NCBI GenBank assembly: GCA_016710635.1
Contig: JADJVL010000001.1
Location: 176,236-240,235 of the forward strand
Source of the DNA: Holophagaceae bacterium
Lineage (GTDB): Bacteria > Acidobacteriota > Holophagae > Holophagales > Holophagaceae
Reading direction: 5' to 3'
Length of the DNA stretch: 64,000 nt
Positions 57,189 through 64,000 of the stretch are shown here, piece after piece. Position 1 is the stretch's first letter. Every line of letters starts with the position of its first letter. A program made the translations under genes and the position numbers. The notes beneath the pieces were generated by a model. That model saw only the letters and a program-made list of their open reading frames with translations. It did not search any database and was not told where the DNA came from.

Positions 57189-58649
57189 TCAGGCGGGAAC
57201 GGCGGTCGCTGCGGGCGCCAGGACCCTGGCGACGGCGGCGATGGTCTTCAATCCGCGGGGCGGCTCCAGGGCCTTCTGGTAGCGCCGCAGTTCGCCATCG
57301 TGGTTGACGACGAAATCCGACTCCTCGAGGTAGTTGGCCACCGGGATCCAGGCCGTGCAGGCTTCGCCGAGGGCGGAAGGGCTGACCTCCAGGGCCAGGC
57401 TGAACGGGGCGGCCTTGGCGATCTCCAGCAGCCGGTCGGTCTCCTTCTGGGAACTGAACTCCGCGTCGTGGAGGAAGACCACTGCCTTCACCTCGCCGGA
57501 CTTCACCAGCTGCTCCAGCTCGTCGAGCTTGGAGAAGCGGTAGCCGCGCTCGGAGAAGCCCCGCCGGTTGAAGACGCCGTCCGCGGAGGTCTGGAACTTG
57601 GGGAGCAGGATCTGCAGGAACTTGTCGCCGCTGCCGAACTTCAGGGTTTCCGCAGTGGCCAGCTCGCCCAGGCGCTGGGCGGAATCGCAACCGAAGACGC
57701 CCTGGCCCACCACCGCGATGCGGCCGGCGGCCTGCAGCGCCTCGCGTACGGCCTCCAGCGTCGACTCGACGCCGCGCAGCCGGGGCTTCACAGGCCGGCT
57801 GGCGGGGTCCGCGGTGAACGCGTGATAGGCGTAGCGTTCCTCGTCGCTGATGAAGTGGGTGCCCAGCTTGCCTTCCTGGGGCCGGGGCCGGAAGCGGTGC
57901 ACCTTGTTCTGGTCCACGTCCGCCCAGATGGGGCCCGCCAAGGCGCTGAGGCGGCTGATCGTCGCAATGCTCTTGAGGTACCAGACCCGCTTGTTGAAGC
58001 GGAAGTCCTTGGAGGTGAGGGCGCCCACCGGGCACAGGTCCACCACATTCCCGGCCCAGGCGTTCTGGTCCATGCTCTTGCCGCTGTAGGTGGTGACCTC
58101 CAGGCGGGAACCCCGCTGGGCCACGGTGAGCTCCCAGGTGCCACTGATCTCCTGGGTGAAGCGTACGCAGCGGGTGCAGTGGATGCAGCGGTTCTTGTCG
58201 ATGACGATCTTGGCGCCGAGGTCCTCGTAGCGGTAGCGGCGCTTCACTTCCGCCATGCGGCTGTCGCCGCTGCCGTACTCGTAGCTGTAGTCCTGGAGCT
58301 TGCACTCGCCGGCCTGGTCGCAGATGGGGCAGTCCAGGGGATGGTTGAGGAGGAGGAACTCCATCACCCCGGCCCTAGCGTCCGCTACGGCCGGGGTGTT
58401 GGTGAAGATCTCCATCGCCACACCCTCAGGATTGTCTTTGGGAGGGGGTGGAACTGAGGTTGTACAGCTCGTGGCCAGTTTGGGCATGCCCTTGATCTCC
58501 ACCATGCACATTCGGCAGGTGGCCACCGGCGACAGGGCCGGGTGGTAGCAGTAGTGCGGAATGTCGACGCCCGCCGTCCTGCAGGCGTCCAGCACGAGGG
58601 TGCCGACGGGCACTTCCAATTCACGGCCGTTGATCTGGATCTTGGGCAT
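57189..58649 (-). CDS. NuoG-like Fe-S protein (N-terminal 2Fe-2S/4Fe-4S module of the NADH dehydrogenase 75-kDa subunit, short 486-aa form)
   Basis: The ORF starts MPKIQINGRELEVPVGTLVLDAC and has CYHPALSPVATCRMCMVEI...TSC (2Fe-2S), HPLDCPICDQAGECKLQ (His-Cys3 cluster) and CIHCTRCVRF...CPVGAL (4Fe-4S). The C-terminal half is much shorter than in full-length NuoG. Confidence 0.85.
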   Translation of the reverse strand: MPKIQINGRELEVPVGTLVLDACRTAGVDIPHYCYHPALSPVATCRMCMVEIKGMPKLATSCTTSVPPPPKDNPEGVAMEIFTNTPAVADARAGVMEFLLLNHPLDCPICDQAGECKLQDYSYEYGSGDSRMAEVKRRYRYEDLGAKIVIDKNRCIHCTRCVRFTQEISGTWELTVAQRGSRLEVTTYSGKSMDQNAWAGNVVDLCPVGALTSKDFRFNKRVWYLKSIATISRLSALAGPIWADVDQNKVHRFRPRPQEGKLGTHFISDEERYAYHAFTADPASRPVKPRLRGVESTLEAVREALQAAGRIAVVGQGVFGCDSAQRLGELATAETLKFGSGDKFLQILLPKFQTSADGVFNRRGFSERGYRFSKLDELEQLVKSGEVKAVVFLHDAEFSSQKETDRLLEIAKAAPFSLALEVSPSALGEACTAWIPVANYLEESDFVVNHDGELRRYQKALEPPRGLKTIAAVARVLAPAATAVPA

Positions 58650-58761
58650 GGCGTCCTCAGCCCTTCAGCTTAATGGAGCGGGGGGCGCAGGGACAGGGCT
58701 CCAGCCCGGACCGAAGTCTCAGATTGGCGGGGCCGCCCGGACGCGGCCCTTGGGAGCACCG

Positions 58762-59370
58762 CTAGAAGTGGATGCTCAGTGCCGCTTCCAGCAGGGTGCC
58801 GCTCTTGGTGGCGCCGGCGGCGTTCTTGAACTCGGCCTGGGCGGCGTTGAGGCTCATGGAATAGTGGTTATTGAAGCGGAAGCCCGCCCCGACCACCGGC
58901 TTCATGGAGGTGCCGCCGGGCCCCTTCACCTCGACGCGGGTCGAAGTACCGTCTTCATTCGTCACCGTCGAAGTCTGGGTCGCCTTCATGGCCCAGACCC
59001 TCAGGCCCGCCTGGAGGTGGAAGCCTTCGAACCAGAGCTTGTGGCGGTAGAAGGCCCCGCCGTAGTAGCCGTCCGTCTTGTTCCGCAAGGTGTAGGTCTT
59101 GCTCCCGGAGGTGGCCCCGGGGAAATAGCGGTAGCCGCCCTCGAACTCCACGCTGCCGGATTTCGTCAGGGGATAGGCCCCCCACATGGCGAGTCCATAG
59201 TTCTTCTCCTGGCCAAGGCCTGCGTCCACGGCGCCACTGTAGGAGCCCGCCACCAGGCGGAAGCCGGTGCTCCAGGGTTCCTGGGCGTGGGCGGTGGGAC
59301 CGATGACAGCCATGGGGACCGCCAGCAGGAGGGCGAGGCGGAGACCGGATCGGGAGGCGTGGCGGGTCAT
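58762..59370 (-). CDS. Small outer-membrane beta-barrel protein (OmpW/OmpA-barrel-like)
   Basis: The signal peptide is MTRHASRSGLRLALLLAVPMAVIGPTAHAQ (ATG at 59370, GGAG upstream). It has alternating aromatic/Gly strands and a C-terminal LSIHF. Confidence 0.75.
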   Translation of the reverse strand: MTRHASRSGLRLALLLAVPMAVIGPTAHAQEPWSTGFRLVAGSYSGAVDAGLGQEKNYGLAMWGAYPLTKSGSVEFEGGYRYFPGATSGSKTYTLRNKTDGYYGGAFYRHKLWFEGFHLQAGLRVWAMKATQTSTVTNEDGTSTRVEVKGPGGTSMKPVVGAGFRFNNHYSMSLNAAQAEFKNAAGATKSGTLLEAALSIHF

Positions 59371-59503
59371 GGATGGCTCCAAGGGGATGGTCCAGCATCC
59401 CGGAAGCTCCGATGGAATGCCATACCGCGATGCATGCGCCCGGCAAACCAGCGGTTCCCGGGAAGGGGCCCTCATGGGAAAATGACCGATTCGGAGATGC
59501 GCC

Positions 59504-61045
59504 ATGTCGACGGCCCTGCTTTCGGTCTATGACAAAACCGGCCTAGTGGATCTGGGCCGGGGCCTGGCCAGGCTGGGCTGGACCCTCCTGGCCACGGGAG
59601 GAACCCTGAAGGCCCTCCGGGAGGCGAGACTGGCTGTGACCGAGGTCGCGGACTACACCGGCGCGGCGGAATGCTTCGACGGCCGGGTGAAGACCCTGCA
59701 TCCGAAAATCCACGGCGGCCTGCTCTTCCGGCGGGACCTCCCCGCCCACGTGGCGGACGCGCAGGCCCAGGGCATCGGCCCCATCGATCTGGTGGTGGTG
59801 AACCTCTATCCGTTCGAAGCCACCATCCGGAAGCCTGGAGCGGCCTTCGAGGAATGCATCGAGCAGATCGACATCGGCGGTCCCAGCATGCTGCGCAGCG
59901 CCGCCAAGAACCACGCGTCCGTCACCGTCCTGACGGATCCGGGCCAGTACCCGGGCTTCCTCGGCCGGCTCGAGGCGGGCACCTGGGACGCCGCGGACCG
60001 CCGCGCCTGCGCCCTGGAGGTCTTCCGCCGCACCGCGGCCTACGACGGCGCCATCGCCGCGTGGCTCGAGGGCCAGGGGGCCGCACCCGGCGGTGAACTG
60101 CCCGCCAGCCTGGACCTGCACCTGGCCTCCCGGCAGGGACTCCGCTACGGCGAGAACCCGCACCAGCCCGCGGGCTTCTTCGTGCAGCCCGGCGCCGCCG
60201 TGGAGGGCGTCGCCGCCTGCGAGCAGCTGCAGGGCAAGGAGCTGAGCTTCAACAATCTGCTCGACGCGGATGCCACCGCCCGGCTGGTCTGGCAGTTCGA
60301 GGCCCCTGCGTGCGTCATCGTGAAGCACAACAACCCCTGCGGCGCCGCCGTGGGCGCCCACGCCCTCGAAGCCTTCTCCAAGGCCCAGGCCGGCGATCCC
60401 CTCAGCAGCTTCGGCGGCATCGTGGCCTTCAACCGGCCCGTCGGCATCGACCTTGCGAAGGCCATGGCCCCCAGCTTCTGGGAAGTCATCCTCGCCCCGG
60501 AGTTCACCGACGACGCCCTGCAGGCCCTCGCGTCGAAGAAGCAGCTGCGCCTGCTGCGCACCCCGAAGCGCTGGCCTTCCGCCTCCTCGGGTCTGGATCT
60601 CCGGAGCATCGGGGGCGGCTTCCTCGTGCAGCGGCCCGACGACGCCTTCGCCCCCTTCGAAGCCTGGGAGCTCAAGTCCAACGGCCCGGGCCCCAAGCCC
60701 ATGAAGGAAGACCTGCTCCTGGCGCAGAAGCTCGCCAAGGCGGTAAAGTCCAACGCCATCGTGCTGGTGAAGGAGGGTGCCTCCGTGGGCATCGGCGCGG
60801 GGCAGATGAGCCGGGTCGACAGCGTGGAGATCGCCTGCCGCAAGGCCGGGGACCGCGCGAAGGGCGCGGTGCTCGGCAGTGACGCCTTCTTCCCCTTCGC
60901 CGATGGTCTGGAGCTGGCCGCCAAGGCCGGCGTCACCGCCTTCGTGGAACCCGGCGGATCCTTGCGGGACGACGAGGTGATCGCCGCGGCCCAGAAGCTG
61001 GGCGTCTGGCTCTTCTTCACCGGCATGCGGCATTTTCGGCATTGA
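59504..61045 (+). CDS. purH: Bifunctional AICAR transformylase / IMP cyclohydrolase
   Basis: 513-aa ORF with LLSVYDKTGL, GRVKTLHPKIHGG, VVVNLYPF and a C-terminal FFTGMRHFRH. Confidence 0.97.
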   Translation: MSTALLSVYDKTGLVDLGRGLARLGWTLLATGGTLKALREARLAVTEVADYTGAAECFDGRVKTLHPKIHGGLLFRRDLPAHVADAQAQGIGPIDLVVVNLYPFEATIRKPGAAFEECIEQIDIGGPSMLRSAAKNHASVTVLTDPGQYPGFLGRLEAGTWDAADRRACALEVFRRTAAYDGAIAAWLEGQGAAPGGELPASLDLHLASRQGLRYGENPHQPAGFFVQPGAAVEGVAACEQLQGKELSFNNLLDADATARLVWQFEAPACVIVKHNNPCGAAVGAHALEAFSKAQAGDPLSSFGGIVAFNRPVGIDLAKAMAPSFWEVILAPEFTDDALQALASKKQLRLLRTPKRWPSASSGLDLRSIGGGFLVQRPDDAFAPFEAWELKSNGPGPKPMKEDLLLAQKLAKAVKSNAIVLVKEGASVGIGAGQMSRVDSVEIACRKAGDRAKGAVLGSDAFFPFADGLELAAKAGVTAFVEPGGSLRDDEVIAAAQKLGVWLFFTGMRHFRH

Positions 61046-61156
61046 TGGGCGGGGGTTCCGCGCTGCGCGCATACCCCCGCACCCCCGCGCTCGGAACGGG
61101 CGGAGCCCGTTCTTCGCTTCCTTCTCACACCCGCTTCTCGAATCCGTGGAACAACA

Positions 61157-63775
61157 ATGAAAACCTCCGAACTCCGCACGCGCTTCCTCGAATACTTCGA
61201 GAAGCAGAACCATCGCCGGGTGGCGTCCAGCTCCGTGGTGGGGCCCGCCGACGACCCTACGGTGATGTGGACCAACTCGGGGATGATCCAGTTCAAGGAC
61301 GTCTTCCTGGGCAAGGAGAATCGGGACTACACCCGCGCCACGACTTCGCAGAAATGCCTCCGCGCCGGCGGCAAGCACAACGACCTGGACCAGGTGGGCT
61401 TCACGGCGCGCCACCACACCTTCTTCGAGATGCTCGGCAACTTCAGCTTCGGCGACTACTTCAAGGCCGACGCCATCCGCTTCGCCTGGGAGCTGGTGAC
61501 CGGGCCCCTCGACCAGGGCTGCCTTGGCATCGACCCCTCCCGCCTCTGGGTCACGGTCTTCGAAGGCGCCGATGGCGTGCCGGCGGATGTGGAGGCTGAG
61601 GAATTGTGGAAGCAGGCCGGTGTCCCCGCGAACCGCATCCGGCGCTACGGGAAGAAGGACAATTTCTGGCAGATGGGCGATACGGGCCCCTGTGGACCCT
61701 GCTCGGAGATCTTCTACGACCGCGGCGAGAAGTACGCCGGCGACGCCACTCCGAACGGCGAAGGCGACCGGGTCATGGAGATCTGGAACCTGGTCTTCAT
61801 GCAGTACGAACGGGACGCCGGAGGCAAGCTCACGCCCCTGCCCAAGCCCAGCATCGATACGGGCATGGGCCTGGAGCGCACGGCATCAATTCTTCAGGGC
61901 GTAGACAGCAACTATGAGATCGACCTCTTCGCACCGATTTTCGAAGCGATCTGGGCGAACACGAAGCTGAGCCTGGAACAGCGCGCCGAGCACACCAACC
62001 GCACGGCCAGCCAGGTGGTCGCCGACCACATCCGCGCCGCCACCTTCATGACCTTCGACGGCGTCGTGCCCAGCAACGAGGGCCGTGGCTACGTGCTGCG
62101 CAAGATCGTCCGCCGCGCCCTGCGCTTCGGCAAGAAGCTGGGCATCGAGGGCACCTTTTTCGCGGAACTGGTCAACGCGATGCCGCACGCCATGGGCGAC
62201 GCCTATCCAGAGTTGAGGGGCGAACTGAAGCGCATTTACGACGTTCTGCATCGGGAGGAGAAGCAGTTCTCCGTCACCCTGAACGCCGGCCTGAAGCAGC
62301 TGGAAGCCTGCGATGTGTCCACGGGAGCCCTATCTGGATCCGACATCTTCAAGCTCTACGACACCTTCGGCTTCCCCACGGACCTGGTGGAGGACTGGTG
62401 CCGGGAGCGCGGTCTCGCCTGCGATCTCGAAGGTTTCCAGAAGGAGCTCGCGGAGCAGAAGGCCAAGGGCCGCGCCGCGATGAAGACCCACGACCAACGC
62501 CTGCAGGGCGATTTCGCCATTCTCGCGGATCTGCCGGCCACGGAGTTCCTGGGCTACGAGGGCACCGAGGCCGACGCCACGGTGGTGGCCCTCTTCGATG
62601 CGGCCAACAAGCGCGTGGCCTCCCTCAAAGGCGAAGGTTCCGTGCTGCTGGACCGCACGCCCTTCTACGCCATGGGTGGCGGCCAGGTGGGCGACACGGG
62701 AAGACTCTCGTTCGAGGGCGGAGCCGCGGAAGTGCTCGATTGCACCACGCCGGCGGCCAAGCGCAGCCTTCATAAGGTCCTTGTGAATGGTGAGCTCAAG
62801 GAAGGCGCCAAGGTCCACGCCGCGGTGGACGCCGCCCGCCGCGCCCGCATCCGCGCCCACCACACGGCCACCCACCTGCTCCACGCCGCGCTGCGGGAGG
62901 TGCTCGGCACCCACGTGAAGCAGGCGGGCAGCGTGGTGGATGATGCGCGCCTGCGCTTCGACTTTTCCCACTTCGCCCCCATCGAGCCCGAGCAGATGGC
63001 GGAGATCGAGCGGCTCGTGAATGACCAGGCCCTGCAGGCCCGGCCCACCCACACCGCCGAGATGCCCATCGACGAGGCCCTGGCGGCCGGCGCCATGGCC
63101 CTTTTCGGAGAGAAATACGGCGATCGCGTGCGCGTGATGTCCGTGCCGGGCTTCAGCGTGGAGCTTTGCGGCGGCACCCACGTCGCCAGCACCGGCGAGA
63201 TCGGCCTCGTGAAGGTCACTTCGGAGGGTGCCGTGGCCAGCGGTGTTCGGCGCATCGAAGCGGTCGCGGGCGCCGCGACCCTCGAGCTGCTCCAGTCCGA
63301 CGAGGCCATGCTGGCCCGCCTCGCCCGCGCCGCCAACACGGGCCGGGAGCAACTCATCGACGTCCTGGCCGCCAAGGAGACCCGCATCACGCAGCTGGAA
63401 CGTGAGCTCAAGGAAGCCAAGCTCAAGGCCGCCAGCGGCGGCGGCAGCGCCGAACAGGTGGAGCAGGTGAACGGCTGCAGTCTCGTCACCGCCAAGGTCG
63501 AAGGCCTCGAAGGCAACGCCCTCCGCGAGCTCATGGATCAGGTGCGCACCCGCCATCGGGAGGCGGTCATCGCGCTGGCGTCGATCACGGACGGGAAGGT
63601 GTCCATCCTCGTCAGCGTGGCGCCCACCCTCGCCCCCGACGCGGGCCAGCTCCTCAAGGCCATGGCCGCCCACGTGGACGGCCGCGGCGGCGGGAAAAAG
63701 GACCTGGCCCAGGGCGGCGGTACGAACCCTGGCGGCCTCGACGCCGCCTTTGCCGCCCTGAAGGCCGCGCTCTAA
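61157..63775 (+). CDS. alaS: Alanine--tRNA ligase
   Basis: 872-aa ORF with RHHTFFEMLGNFSFGDYFK, the editing-domain HTATHLLH and CGGTH motifs, and a C-terminal DHHA1-like tail. Confidence 0.98.
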   Translation: MKTSELRTRFLEYFEKQNHRRVASSSVVGPADDPTVMWTNSGMIQFKDVFLGKENRDYTRATTSQKCLRAGGKHNDLDQVGFTARHHTFFEMLGNFSFGDYFKADAIRFAWELVTGPLDQGCLGIDPSRLWVTVFEGADGVPADVEAEELWKQAGVPANRIRRYGKKDNFWQMGDTGPCGPCSEIFYDRGEKYAGDATPNGEGDRVMEIWNLVFMQYERDAGGKLTPLPKPSIDTGMGLERTASILQGVDSNYEIDLFAPIFEAIWANTKLSLEQRAEHTNRTASQVVADHIRAATFMTFDGVVPSNEGRGYVLRKIVRRALRFGKKLGIEGTFFAELVNAMPHAMGDAYPELRGELKRIYDVLHREEKQFSVTLNAGLKQLEACDVSTGALSGSDIFKLYDTFGFPTDLVEDWCRERGLACDLEGFQKELAEQKAKGRAAMKTHDQRLQGDFAILADLPATEFLGYEGTEADATVVALFDAANKRVASLKGEGSVLLDRTPFYAMGGGQVGDTGRLSFEGGAAEVLDCTTPAAKRSLHKVLVNGELKEGAKVHAAVDAARRARIRAHHTATHLLHAALREVLGTHVKQAGSVVDDARLRFDFSHFAPIEPEQMAEIERLVNDQALQARPTHTAEMPIDEALAAGAMALFGEKYGDRVRVMSVPGFSVELCGGTHVASTGEIGLVKVTSEGAVASGVRRIEAVAGAATLELLQSDEAMLARLARAANTGREQLIDVLAAKETRITQLERELKEAKLKAASGGGSAEQVEQVNGCSLVTAKVEGLEGNALRELMDQVRTRHREAVIALASITDGKVSILVSVAPTLAPDAGQLLKAMAAHVDGRGGGKKDLAQGGGTNPGGLDAAFAALKAAL

Positions 63776-63779
63776 CCCG

Positions 63780-64000
63780 ATGCTTCCGGTCCCCTGGTGG
63801 CTGCCGGCCCTGATCCTCGGGGCCGCGCGGCTGTTGTGGCCGCAGCAGCCCTTCATCGCCGTGCTGGCCTATCACGGGACCTGCCTGCTGGGATTGAAGG
63901 GCCCTTTCACCTGGGGACGGCTTGGTCGGCGGGAAGGGCTGTTCCTGCTCCTCGCCTTCGCCGCCCTGCCCCTGCTGCTCCTGCTGCCCGCCCTGCCCTT
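63780..64000 (+). CDS. Hypothetical membrane protein, 5' part only (open at the window end)
   Basis: The ATG at 63780, 4 nt after the alaS stop, opens MLPVPWWLPALILGAARLLWPQQPFIAVLAYHGTCLLGLKG...LFLLLAFAALPLLLLLPALP, which is hydrophobic. There is no stop before the window ends. Confidence 0.35.
   Translation, partial: MLPVPWWLPALILGAARLLWPQQPFIAVLAYHGTCLLGLKGPFTWGRLGRREGLFLLLAFAALPLLLLLPALP

Overview
This is a high-GC bacterial chromosomal segment (about two-thirds G+C by eye), dominated by the translation and transcription core. On the minus strand, from about 36.9 kb down to position 1, the order is: FadL-like outer-membrane protein, rlmB-like methyltransferase, tRNA-Tyr/Gly/Thr, tuf, rpmG, tRNA-Trp, secE, nusG, rplK-rplA-rplJ-rplL, rpoB, rpoC. 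A roughly 9 kb interruption follows, holding pnp, a 5.4 kb giant lipoprotein gene and an ADP-heptose-type adenylyltransferase on the plus strand, and an FmdB zinc-ribbon gene. The array then resumes with rpsL, rpsG, fusA and the S10/spc ribosomal protein genes from rpsJ to rplR, the last being cut by the window edge. The right-hand 27 kb carries housekeeping and regulatory genes: type III glutamine synthetase, nadA, a two-component system, class II DAHP synthase, a thioesterase/unknown/IorB-like molybdoenzyme operon, a CPBP protease, two tandem Hanks-type Ser/Thr kinases, an EF-P-family gene coupled to rsgA, a lipid-A-type acyltransferase, YiiX-like, DUF2071 and DCC genes, a short NuoG-like Fe-S protein, a small OMP, purH and alaS. 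I found no rRNA, CRISPR array, transposase, integrase, phage gene or recognisable defence or toxin-antitoxin module, so most of the window is ordinary core genome. Six things deserve a second look. (1) A roughly 1,808-aa cadherin-repeat lipoprotein gene sits inside the rpoBC/str junction, preceded by a sharply AT-rich island and broken by a 1-nt frame break. (2) RpoB carries an approximately 65-aa insertion with eight Cys (four CxC/CxxC pairs). (3) A roughly 230-bp tract of alternating long G and C homopolymers lies upstream of the DAHP synthase gene; it is most likely an assembly artefact but is extraordinary if real. (4) An Arg-loop EF-P paralogue is translationally coupled to an RsgA that lacks its zinc-finger cysteines. 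(5) The NuoG-like and IorB-like redox subunits have no partner subunits nearby. (6) A 241-bp gap with a stem-loop splits the spc operon. The taxon cannot be fixed without a database search; the gene content is weakly compatible with an Acidobacteriota-like lineage, which is inference only. Many very long ORFs in the supplied track are antisense or alternate-frame shadows typical of high-GC DNA, and I rejected them.
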